Source: an uncultured Pseudomonadales bacterium
GTDB lineage: Bacteria; Patescibacteriota; Microgenomatia; UBA1400; PJMF01
NCBI GenBank assembly: GCA_964400865.1
Contig: CAYNWG010000002.1
Coordinates: forward strand, 1-63,473
Reading direction: 5' to 3'
DNA length: 63,473 nt
In this document: one piece after another, positions 18,945-27,011 of the stretch
Layout: each line of letters starts with the position of its first letter
How positions within the stretch are numbered: the stretch's first letter is position 1
Notes under the pieces: model-generated
Seen by the model: the letters and a program-made list of their open reading frames with translations, nothing else
What the model was told of the DNA's origin: nothing
Databases searched by the model: none
Position numbers and translations under genes: made by a program

Positions 18945-18949
18945 CCACT

Positions 18950-19213
18950 ATGAATCAAGTTAAACCAATTATTGTTCAGAAGCAAATCGGCAAATATCAA
19001 GTTTCGGTGATTAATGATAAATGTATTAGTGCTGCTAGTTGCGTAGCGATTGCACCTGGAGTATTTGATCTCGATGAGGCAGGGATTGCTCGAGTGATTA
19101 GCCAGGATGGCAATGATGACGAAACAAAATTATTGGCAGCGCAAAGCTGTCCCACTTCGGCAATAATCGTAATAGATACAGAATCTGGTGAACAAGTTTG
19201 GCCAGTTGTATAA
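18950..19213 (+). CDS. Small single-cluster ferredoxin (87 aa)
   Basis: In-frame ATG at 18950, 5 nt after the reductase stop. NDKCISAASCVAIAP...AAQSCPTSAI. The listed ORF from 18776 is an upstream extension that overlaps the reductase. Confidence 0.65.
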   Translation: MNQVKPIIVQKQIGKYQVSVINDKCISAASCVAIAPGVFDLDEAGIARVISQDGNDDETKLLAAQSCPTSAIIVIDTESGEQVWPVV

Positions 19214-19874
19214 GCAAAAGTTATTTATGAAAAATCTACCCTTACTCGTAGGTACGCTCGTTGTGAGCATCGCATTAATAGCTGGGATAGCGGTACTATT
19301 TTCTGGTCAGCCAAGTCCAACCACTAACACCCAAGTAGATACTGCCCTTCTATTGGAAGGCGCGCAGAGTACTACTGGCCCAATAGATGCTCCGGTTACA
19401 ATTGTTGAATTTTCTGATTTTCAATGTCCGGCTTGTAAATCTAGTGAACCAATGATTCAGTCTGTACTTCAGCAGTACCCAGATAAAGTTAGACTTGTTT
19501 TTCGCAATTTTCCTTTGGAACAAATTCATCCAAACGCTCGATTGGCAGCACAGGCTGCTCAGGCCGCTCAGACTGAAGGAAAATTCTGGCAGTATGCACA
19601 ACTACTTTTCGAAAAGCAAGAAGCTTGGTCTGATATCAGTTCATATGATCTATTAAAGACCACATTGAGCGAATATGCATCTGAATTAGGTATTGACAGC
19701 GCTTCGTTTCTTGAGAGAATGGAATCAGCGGTTGTTGTCGCAGCAGTTCAGAGAGATGTTGATCTCGCCAAAGAAATCAACATTATGGCAACACCAACCT
19801 TTTTTGTGAATGGAGTACAGACGCCTGCCCCGGAACTGCTCAGTGCAGTAAAAAATGTGTTAGATCAGCAGTAG
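19188..19874 (+). CDS. Membrane-anchored DsbA-like thiol:disulfide oxidoreductase
   Basis: FSDFQCPACK CxxC motif, TM anchor LPLLVGTLVVSIALIAGIAVLF, ATPTFFVNG cis-Pro loop. The likely start is the ATG at 19227. Confidence 0.8.
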   Translation: MNKFGQLYKQKLFMKNLPLLVGTLVVSIALIAGIAVLFSGQPSPTTNTQVDTALLLEGAQSTTGPIDAPVTIVEFSDFQCPACKSSEPMIQSVLQQYPDKVRLVFRNFPLEQIHPNARLAAQAAQAAQTEGKFWQYAQLLFEKQEAWSDISSYDLLKTTLSEYASELGIDSASFLERMESAVVVAAVQRDVDLAKEINIMATPTFFVNGVQTPAPELLSAVKNVLDQQ

Positions 19875-19915
19875 CTGAGAACAACACTCGTACTATATAG
19901 TTTAAGGGGTACAGC

Positions 19916-20434
19916 ATGAATAAGTTCGCACCATATATTTTTCCCGCAGTGGTAGTGTTAATAGTATTTTTCTTAGTTTTTCGTTGGTACTCTGATCGAT
20001 CTCGATCGACTCCAGATGTTGGCGAGGGCATTTCGATTGAAAATTTAAGTGAAGAAGAGTTAAAGAATGCTATATCTGGGGTAGGTGATTACAAAACAAT
20101 TCAATTAGATGAGACAGAATCATCTGAGCCAAATGAGGAAACTCTCACTGGCGTAGTTCGTTACGAAATAGAAAATGATAAGGTTAAACTGAGTGTCATC
20201 GCTGAATCAGGAGATCCTTCAGTTGATTATTACGTCTGGATGCAACCAAATGGATCAACGACCCCAAAGCGGGTTTTTATGTTGGTCGCCAATAAAGGTG
20301 GGTTGGTGGGCAGTGGAGCGTTTTCTGCGGATCAATTGCCTCTAGATGTGTTTGTTACTCGAGGTGATTCAATAGATGATCAAATGAAAAATGTGGTACT
20401 CAAGGGACGAGTTGAAACTGACACGGCTAAATAA
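19916..20434 (+). CDS. N-terminally anchored hypothetical protein
   Basis: ORF with SD-like aagggg upstream and one N-terminal TM. No recognised motif. Confidence 0.45.
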   Translation: MNKFAPYIFPAVVVLIVFFLVFRWYSDRSRSTPDVGEGISIENLSEEELKNAISGVGDYKTIQLDETESSEPNEETLTGVVRYEIENDKVKLSVIAESGDPSVDYYVWMQPNGSTTPKRVFMLVANKGGLVGSGAFSADQLPLDVFVTRGDSIDDQMKNVVLKGRVETDTAK

Positions 20435-20448
20435 CTCAAGATTAGTCC

Positions 20449-20476
20449 TTGCAGAGTTCCTCAGGTATGGTATAAA
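20449..20476 (+). promoter_or_regulatory. Sigma70-like promoter TTGCAG-N16-TATAAA for the small ORF
   Basis: Read directly. Followed by the 5'-UTR hairpin cttgagg-taa-cctcaag and a strong SD (aaggag). Confidence 0.4.
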
Positions 20477-20546
20477 GAATAGAGGGCACTTGAGGTAACC
20501 TCAAGACTCTATCGTAGAAAAGTAGTAAATAAAAAGAAGGAGCACT

Positions 20547-20744
20547 ATGGCATTCAGCTACACCAATGCTAAGGGTCAAGTCTATTATCTACACATGAAG
20601 GACGTTACCCTTAAAAACGGTCGAGTACAAAGAATTTACTTTTTTGCACGTGATGTTCGTGATGGTTCACTCGATGCCGTTCCTGCTGGTTACGCAGTGA
20701 TGGAAACCAAAAGAACCAACATGCCAGTACTTAAAAAGGCATAA
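20547..20744 (+). CDS. Small (65 aa) basic protein of unknown function in its own transcription unit
   Basis: Best SD in the window (aaagaaggagcact ATG), its own promoter and its own terminator. Confidence 0.6.
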   Translation: MAFSYTNAKGQVYYLHMKDVTLKNGRVQRIYFFARDVRDGSLDAVPAGYAVMETKRTNMPVLKKA

Positions 20745-20768
20745 TTTTTTAAATTGATTTGAGAATTT

Positions 20769-20805
20769 CCCCCCACTCTTCTTGAAGAGTGGGGGGTTTT
20801 TGTTT
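20769..20805 (+). terminator. Rho-independent terminator
   Basis: ccccccactctt-cttg-aagagtgggggg followed by tttttgtttt. Confidence 0.8.
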
Positions 20806-20846
20806 TCTAGAGAAGTACATCCTGTTTACAGGTTACAATACATATA

Positions 20847-21197
20847 ATGAATAATCAGATGTCTCACGAGCAGAGTAAGTTAGAAAAACGAATTTGGAAG
20901 GCACTTCGCCAGGTTTTAGATCCAGAACTAGAAATAGATATTGTTAGTCTAGGACTGATTTATCGCGTTTCAGTTGATCAGACAGTGAGAAATCAGTTTG
21001 CTGTAGAAATTCTCATGACATTGACAACGCCTGGGTGTCCTTTGGCTGATAGTTTTGATGGTTTGGTTCGACAGAGTTTATCAGATATCTCTGAAATTGA
21101 TGTCGAAGAAAATGTGTCAATCATATTGACCTTTGATCCACCTTGGACTCAAGACATGATGACCGACGAGGCTAAAGCCGAGTTGGGAATGATCTAA
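20847..21197 (+). CDS. DUF59 / SufT-like Fe-S assembly protein
   Basis: LDPELEIDIVSLGLIY and TLTTPGCPLAD are the hallmark MIP18/DUF59 motifs. TACAAT lies 7 nt upstream of the ATG. Confidence 0.8.
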   Translation: MNNQMSHEQSKLEKRIWKALRQVLDPELEIDIVSLGLIYRVSVDQTVRNQFAVEILMTLTTPGCPLADSFDGLVRQSLSDISEIDVEENVSIILTFDPPWTQDMMTDEAKAELGMI

Positions 21198-21583
21198 AAT
21201 GAGGAGACAGTACGATGGCGGTTTTCTCTGTATGAAACCTCTAAATATCTACAATTTTCAAAACCAGCCCCATGTCCATTTGCCGAGTATCTGGGGTATC
21301 TAATTGTCGACATGCCATGCAATGTGAATACAGTGTCTAGACGCTGGAGAAATTCAGAAACGTTCGAAGATATGTACATACTTGGAACAGCTCGACTTTC
21401 TTCTAAGTATGGTGAATCGACTAATTCATAGTCTACTTGGAGCCCCAATGAGTTGAAAATTGATTGAATAATACTTTCAACATCCGCTCTGAGCGCAGCT
21501 CGGAGTTCAGCCTTATTTGCAAAATGATGTTCCAAATTGGGTCCAGGTCGAACATGCATGGTACCCTCAGAGTGTAATGGCAT
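21194..21583 (-). CDS. Hypothetical protein
   Basis: ORF only. Convergent with the SufT-like gene, with a 4-nt overlap of their ends. Confidence 0.4.
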   Translation of the reverse strand: MPLHSEGTMHVRPGPNLEHHFANKAELRAALRADVESIIQSIFNSLGLQVDYELVDSPYLEESRAVPSMYISSNVSEFLQRLDTVFTLHGMSTIRYPRYSANGHGAGFENCRYLEVSYRENRHRTVSSF

Positions 21584-21654
21584 AGTATCAATCTAAATCA
21601 AGTCTCGTATTCTACTCTAAAAAATGGAAATTTCCAATTGTTCTATGTAATGAA

Positions 21655-22140
21655 ATGATAGCTGGTGCAGTGTATGATTACATTGTGATAATTTATATTG
21701 GTGCGGATCATCGTGGGTTTGGTTTGAAAGAGCGATTAAAGCAGTGGCTAGTAACTCAACACTTGGCCGTAGTAGATTGTGGTAATGTTCGACTTGACCC
21801 AGGAGATGATTTTCCCGTCTTTGCTCACGCGGTCGCCGAGCAGGTAGTGGCCGATGAAGATCATCGGGGCATTTTAATTTGTGGTTCTGGCGCGGGCGTG
21901 GTGATTGCTGCTAACAAAGTACCAGGTGCGAGGTGTTCGGTTGGAATTAACCTGTCCGACATTTACCACGCCCGCGCCCACGACGATCTCAATATACTAG
22001 CCATTGCTAGCAACTTTGTCACCTTTGAAGAAGCTAAACAGCAGGTAGGCATGTTTCTCAATACACCATTTGAAGCAGTGGAGAGACACATGCGTCGCCT
22101 AAAAAGAATTGAAGCCATCGAGCGAACTTACTCGAAGTGA
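21655..22140 (+). CDS. rpiB: Ribose-5-phosphate isomerase B
   Basis: IGADHRGFGLKERL, ILICGSGAGVVIAANKVPGARC, ARAHDDLNILAI. The true start is probably internal (around VIIYIGADH). Confidence 0.85.
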   Translation: MIAGAVYDYIVIIYIGADHRGFGLKERLKQWLVTQHLAVVDCGNVRLDPGDDFPVFAHAVAEQVVADEDHRGILICGSGAGVVIAANKVPGARCSVGINLSDIYHARAHDDLNILAIASNFVTFEEAKQQVGMFLNTPFEAVERHMRRLKRIEAIERTYSK

Positions 22141-22182
22141 TGTGTGTGTTGGAGAAAACCCACTTGTTCGTGTAGTGCAACT

Positions 22183-22268
22183 GGTTTTCACATCCACGCA
22201 ACATACGTTTTCTTTTGATAGTTTACACTAAAGCATAACTCTCTCTGGAGCCATGTTTTAGTGTAAAC
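22183..22268. repeat. Palindrome-containing intergenic element, copy 2 (flank module inverted and on the other side of the core)
   Basis: The core at 22221..22268 has perfect 12-bp arms gtttacactaaa / tttagtgtaaac. The reverse complement of 22183..22220 matches the copy-1 flank at 31/38 positions without gaps. Confidence 0.7.
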
Positions 22269-22341
22269 TATTGCTGTATATGTGAGGAGTGAATTCTAAA
22301 CTAGTCGATTTCGAGAGCAGATCGGCATTGGTTGAAAAAAA

Positions 22342-22779
22342 TTACAGAGTGATACTGTATATCGGGTAAATAATTGAAAAAACCACATACAAAACAAATA
22401 GCATTGTTGCCCCAATTACCAATATGGCATTTTTCATATCCAGTACCTCGTTAGAGAGTATCATTTCGTTTTGTTTATATTTTGACAACTTTTTATTCAG
22501 TTCTTTTACATCAACTTCTTTTGTAAAAAAACGCAATGAGGCAAGAACTGCAGTTAGAGAAAAAATCGTAAAACCATAGGGAAATTGACGAACCACAAGT
22601 GGTTGTAACTGACCCAAATCTTCATACATCGTCATCATCTTGGAAAAAACCGTAAAGTATATAAGCCCAAACGCAATCACAATAAACAGTAACATAATCG
22701 CAATAAGGCGATATTGCTGCTTAACAAAAAATTCGGCGTCTGACTTTTTTATGTATCTACTATACTGAGAAGAGAGCAT
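22342..22779 (-). CDS. Multi-pass membrane protein, unknown function
   Basis: ORF with three hydrophobic segments. Confidence 0.5.
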   Translation of the reverse strand: MLSSQYSRYIKKSDAEFFVKQQYRLIAIMLLFIVIAFGLIYFTVFSKMMTMYEDLGQLQPLVVRQFPYGFTIFSLTAVLASLRFFTKEVDVKELNKKLSKYKQNEMILSNEVLDMKNAILVIGATMLFVLYVVFSIIYPIYSITL

Positions 22780-22892
22780 TTATTGAATATTTTACCATAG
22801 TATGCTCCCTTTCAGTTTTTCGGGTGTTGTAAGATTAGTTAGATCTGTGTGCGAACTCTATGCATACTGGTTTCTAATAATAGTATTTTGAC

Positions 22893-22901
22893 TGTTACAA
22901 T
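22893..22901 (+). promoter_or_regulatory. Extended -10 TGtTACAAT, 6 nt upstream of the GTG start at 22908
   Basis: Read directly: tgttacaat, then actgat, then GTG. No SD. Confidence 0.4.
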
Positions 22902-22907
22902 ACTGAT

Positions 22908-23570
22908 GTGAAAATAATTCCCGCAATTTTAACCGATCGGAGATTGGTTGCCGCAAAACAAATTGAGCTAGCAAACAGTGACGATCGTATTGATTTAGTT
23001 CAACTAGATATTATTGACGGATGGTTTGCAGAAAATCTCACATTAACACCAGCGGATTATGCCGAACTAAGTTTTGGGCAATTACAAGCCGATTTTCATT
23101 TGATGACAGAAGAACCTCTGGACTATGTATTTGAACTATTGGAATATCGCGAGCATTTACCTATTCGAGCAGTGATCGCTCAAATTGAGCGGATGTCAAG
23201 CCAACCAACTTTTATTGACCAAGTCAAAAAAACTGGTTGGCTCATTGGTCTATCTTTAGATTTATTTACTCCAGTGGAATCAATTCAACTAGCTGAGTTG
23301 GAAGCAATTGATATTGTTCAACTCATGTCTATAGAAGCCGGATTTCAAGGCCAAGAGTTTGAAATGAGTATAGTAGACAAAATTCATGAACTTGAAGCAG
23401 TTAAAAAAAATAACGGGTATACATTTGAAATTATTGTTGATGGGGGGATCAAGCAGGAGCAAATCCAATTACTAGGAGCAACTGAAGTTTCTGCCGTTAC
23501 CATTGGAAGTGGTTTGTGGCAGGCAGCTGATTTTTCTCAAACTTTGGATACGATTCTCACAACCAGCTAG
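22908..23570 (+). CDS. Ribulose-phosphate 3-epimerase-like TIM-barrel protein (divergent)
   Basis: IIPAILT, QLDIIDGWFAENLT (compare H.DVMDG.FVPN.T), DFHLM, VDGGIK. The first metal-binding His appears replaced by Gln. Confidence 0.55.
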   Translation: MKIIPAILTDRRLVAAKQIELANSDDRIDLVQLDIIDGWFAENLTLTPADYAELSFGQLQADFHLMTEEPLDYVFELLEYREHLPIRAVIAQIERMSSQPTFIDQVKKTGWLIGLSLDLFTPVESIQLAELEAIDIVQLMSIEAGFQGQEFEMSIVDKIHELEAVKKNNGYTFEIIVDGGIKQEQIQLLGATEVSAVTIGSGLWQAADFSQTLDTILTTS

Positions 23571-23619
23571 TTGCAATGCTCCTGCAAAGTCGGTGAATTT
23601 GTGCTTTAATGAAGGCATA

Positions 23620-24270
23620 ATGCGGTTATCAGTTGCCTTGCCCACCCCCAAAAGTCATTGTGGTATTGGTCGAATTGCGATTTTTGGCAGTGCGGATGTT
23701 GATGAAGAACATCCGCTGTACCATGAAGTCTTTTCGTTGGCTCGTCGCTTAGCGTATCAAGGAATTACAGTGGTAGATGGCGGCGGCCCCGGCGTCATGG
23801 CCGCCGCCACACTTGGAGCCAAAGCCGGCAATGGTAAAACCATTGCCGTCACATTTCAACCAAAGGATATGCCGGAGTTTGAAGGAAGATTTGCTGAGAA
23901 TACAGTTGATATTGAGATCAAAACAGCCAACTATGTTGAGCGAATGTTCGGTTTGATGGATCAAGCTGACGCTTTCATTTGTGTTCAAGGCGGTACTGGT
24001 ACCTTGAGTGAATGGGCAACAGCCTGGTTGATGGCTCATCTCCAATATGGAAATCATAAGCCATTGATACTGTATGGAGCCTTCTGGCATAAACTTCTTA
24101 GAGTGGTCTCAGAATCCTTTTTTATTGGTGAAAAAGAGCAAGAAGTTTACACCATTTGCGAAACGCCAGAGGAAGTATTTGTGGCTTTAACGGAATTTGA
24201 GCATCAATTGGCCACTCGTTGTGGTCTACCGACTCCTGAGATGAATAAAACACAGAGGAAGAAAGATTAA
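23620..24270 (+). CDS. LOG-family (TIGR00730) nucleotide phosphoribohydrolase
   Basis: VVDGGGPGVMAAA and VQGGTGTLSEW (PGGxGTxxE motif). The ATG at 23620 is preferred over the listed 23503 start, which overlaps the upstream gene. Confidence 0.8.
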   Translation: MRLSVALPTPKSHCGIGRIAIFGSADVDEEHPLYHEVFSLARRLAYQGITVVDGGGPGVMAAATLGAKAGNGKTIAVTFQPKDMPEFEGRFAENTVDIEIKTANYVERMFGLMDQADAFICVQGGTGTLSEWATAWLMAHLQYGNHKPLILYGAFWHKLLRVVSESFFIGEKEQEVYTICETPEEVFVALTEFEHQLATRCGLPTPEMNKTQRKKD

Positions 24271-24273
24271 GCT

Positions 24274-25191
24274 ATGTGTATGTACGACGTCATTACTGTT
24301 GGTTCATCCATGATTGATTTTTTTATTCAATCGGATGAATTTAGTATGACAAAAAGTTCAGAAGGGGTTTTGCTGTGTCAGCGATATGGCGATAAGATTG
24401 AGGTGGACCATTTTTCTATGTTAACGGGTGGAGGAGGAGGCAACACAGCGGTCGGCTTTGCTCGGGCTGGGTTCCATACTGCCGCAGTGACAGAAACTGG
24501 CAAAGATGTACTCTCCAATCTGATTTTAGACTCCTTTCATCAGGAGAAAGTTGCTACAAATCTAATCATTCAAGAAAAAAAAGAGCAAACGGGTGGATCA
24601 GTGATTCTGATTGGGCAAGACGGCGGGAGAACTGTGATGGTGCATCGTGGTGCTGCCTCACTGCTTGATCCAGTTGATATTCCTCTAGATTCGATTGAGA
24701 AGACAGGTTGGGTGCATCTTTCCAGTATAGCTGGTAGGCAAGCAACACTAGAAGCGATTTTCAAAGCAAGGAAAAACCGAAAAATGTCCTGGAATCCAGG
24801 TAAACAGGAACTGTATTTGCTCGCAGAATCTCAACTTGCATTTAATACTTTACCAATTGAGGTTTTACTTGTGAATGAACAAGAGTGGGCGATGGTTGAT
24901 TTGGTCCAGCCAGCACTTGTGGCTCATATCCCAACCATCGTCGTAACAAATGGCAGTGAGGGGGGTAGAATTATTTCGAAGGGTCGAGAAATACATTTTG
25001 ACAGTCATTCTACTCCGTCGGTGGATGACACAGGGGCTGGCGATGCCTTTGCAGTTGGTTTTGTGTGTGGTTATATTTGGCAAAAATCATTAGAGATATG
25101 TGCAGCGATTGGAGCCAAAAATGCTGCATCGGTTGTTGGGCACATCGGTGCAAAGCCTGGCTTACTTCGTAAAGGAGATTTGTTACACTAA
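24274..25191 (+). CDS. PfkB-family carbohydrate/nucleoside kinase
   Basis: GGGGGNTAVG near the N-terminus and DTGAGDAF near the C-terminus. Confidence 0.8.
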   Translation: MCMYDVITVGSSMIDFFIQSDEFSMTKSSEGVLLCQRYGDKIEVDHFSMLTGGGGGNTAVGFARAGFHTAAVTETGKDVLSNLILDSFHQEKVATNLIIQEKKEQTGGSVILIGQDGGRTVMVHRGAASLLDPVDIPLDSIEKTGWVHLSSIAGRQATLEAIFKARKNRKMSWNPGKQELYLLAESQLAFNTLPIEVLLVNEQEWAMVDLVQPALVAHIPTIVVTNGSEGGRIISKGREIHFDSHSTPSVDDTGAGDAFAVGFVCGYIWQKSLEICAAIGAKNAASVVGHIGAKPGLLRKGDLLH

Positions 25192-25206
25192 GGATATCCT
25201 GTTTAT

Positions 25207-26265
25207 ATGTCAGATTTTCGTCAAATCCTCGATCAAGAAATTGCCTCGCTCAAAGCAAAAATTGAAACCGCAGTGATGCCTGAGGAAATGAGGCTGAAAG
25301 TTCAAAAAGACATAGTTGCGCTAGAACGATCGGTTGAGTTGGGTAGTTATGATGAAAAATATGAAAAAGTCTCTAAATATATTGACTGGGTATTACAAAT
25401 ACCCTGGGAAAAGGAGAGCGAAGATCAACTGGATGTAGCAAAAACAAAAGAGATTTTTGAAAAACATCATTTTGGTATGATGGACGTGAAAGATAGATTT
25501 GTAGAATATGTTTCAGTTTTAAAGTTGCGACAGCAACAATTTGCCGATAGCGATTTTCGCGCACCAGTATTACTTTTAGTTGGCTTAGTGGGAACAGGTA
25601 AAACAACGTTTGCATATTCTCTGGCGGAGGCTTTAGGAAGAACAATTGTGCGTATTCCGTTTGGTGGTATGGGATCGGCCAAAGAATTACGCGGAGAATC
25701 ACGCTTACTTTTGGGTTCAGAGCCAGGCAGAATTATCAAGGGTATTTGTGAAGCTGGTGTGCGAAATCCCGTGATTTTACTCGATGAAATTGATAGAAGT
25801 GCAGAAGAAGCCAATCGGGACATCATGGGTGTTTTGGTAGAGCTGCTTGATCCAGCCCAGAATCATGCCTTTAGAGATACGTTCATTGATTATCCAGTTA
25901 ATTTATCCCATGCCATCTTTTTGGCAACAGCCAATAACACGGGAAATATTGCTACCGCCGTGATGGATCGGTTGGAGAAGATTAGTATGCCAAGTTATAG
26001 TGATGAAGAGAAAACAGTCATTGCTAAAAAATATGTGTTGCCACAATTACTTGAATCCGCTGGTTTAAAACCAGAGCAATTAATTATCGAGGATGCTGTT
26101 TGGCCAGCAGTAGTTCGTCCACTTGGCTATGATATGGGTATTCGGACATTGCAGCGCACCTTGCAAGGCGCGGTGCGCAAAGCAGCACGCATCATCGTCG
26201 AAAAAGGTTATACCGAAGTGGTCATCAACGAGCAGAACCGGAAAATTTTCTTACCGCAGTATTGA
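25207..26265 (+). CDS. Lon-like AAA+ ATPase module without a protease domain
   Basis: VSKYIDWVLQIPW, HHFGMMDVKDRFVEYV, LLLVGLVGTGKTTFAYSLAEAL, GGMGSAKELRGESR, EPGRIIKGICEAGVRNPVILLDEIDR. These are collinear with the Lon A-domain. The ORF stops right after the alpha-subdomain. Confidence 0.75.
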   Translation: MSDFRQILDQEIASLKAKIETAVMPEEMRLKVQKDIVALERSVELGSYDEKYEKVSKYIDWVLQIPWEKESEDQLDVAKTKEIFEKHHFGMMDVKDRFVEYVSVLKLRQQQFADSDFRAPVLLLVGLVGTGKTTFAYSLAEALGRTIVRIPFGGMGSAKELRGESRLLLGSEPGRIIKGICEAGVRNPVILLDEIDRSAEEANRDIMGVLVELLDPAQNHAFRDTFIDYPVNLSHAIFLATANNTGNIATAVMDRLEKISMPSYSDEEKTVIAKKYVLPQLLESAGLKPEQLIIEDAVWPAVVRPLGYDMGIRTLQRTLQGAVRKAARIIVEKGYTEVVINEQNRKIFLPQY

Positions 26266-26338
26266 TGGCGCACCGGTTCAATAATAGCGTGCTAGATCTC
26301 ATTGTTGCAGATAAAGAATAGGCTAGAATAGTGTCAGC

Positions 26339-26974
26339 ATGAAATATAATGAAAAGCAAAATAAATTGGCCGAAATAAAACTAACGTTAGAACAATCAGC
26401 AGCTCGTTTACCAATTGCTTCTCAACCAACCGACATAGTTTTTGGCGAAGGATCGCCAGATACTGATATTGTTTTAATTGGTGAGGCGCCCGGGCACAAT
26501 GAGCATGTGCAACGAAGACCGTTTGTGGGGCGGTCTGGTCAGCTGTTGCGTAAAACGCTTACGCAGGTTGGTTTTCCTCCAGAAATGGTCTATATTACTA
26601 ATATCGTCAAGGCCAGACCGCTGGATAATCGCGATCCGTTTCCAGATGAAATAGTGGCGTATAAACCATATTTAGATCAAGAAATTGAGCTAATTGATCC
26701 GAAGTTAATAATAACGCTTGGGCGCTTTAGTATGGCGAAATTTTTACCAGCTGTAAAAATTTCGCAAGTCCACGGTCGTTTGCACAAAGTCAGTTGGAAT
26801 AATAAAACTACTTATGTTTTACCCATGTACCATCCCGCCGCAGCCTTGCGATCCACTCAAATGTTGACAGCATTTACTCAAGATTTTGAAAAAGTCTCTA
26901 AGATTTTAGATTGGGTGAAACAACAACGAGATCTGATTTCAGATATTGAAACAATCTCAGATGCACTTCTTTAG
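26339..26974 (+). CDS. Uracil-DNA glycosylase, family 4
   Basis: GEAPGHNEHVQRRPFVGRSGQLL and HPAAALR motifs. Confidence 0.85.
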   Translation: MKYNEKQNKLAEIKLTLEQSAARLPIASQPTDIVFGEGSPDTDIVLIGEAPGHNEHVQRRPFVGRSGQLLRKTLTQVGFPPEMVYITNIVKARPLDNRDPFPDEIVAYKPYLDQEIELIDPKLIITLGRFSMAKFLPAVKISQVHGRLHKVSWNNKTTYVLPMYHPAAALRSTQMLTAFTQDFEKVSKILDWVKQQRDLISDIETISDALL

Positions 26975-27011
26975 ACTTACAATATTAACATTAATCGGAA
27001 AGGAATCCACT

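Noticed and set aside
18776-18949. Upstream part of the listed 145-aa ORF 18776..19213
   Set aside because: It overlaps the 3' end of the FNR-like gene in another frame. The ferredoxin-like sequence begins at the in-frame ATG at 18950, 5 nt after the reductase stop.
23503-23619. Listed start of the LOG-family ORF at 23503
   Set aside because: This would overlap the rpe-like gene by 68 nt. The translated extension (MEVVCGRQLIFLKLWIRFSQPASCNAPAKS...) has no LOG-family similarity. The ATG at 23620 precedes the conserved core.
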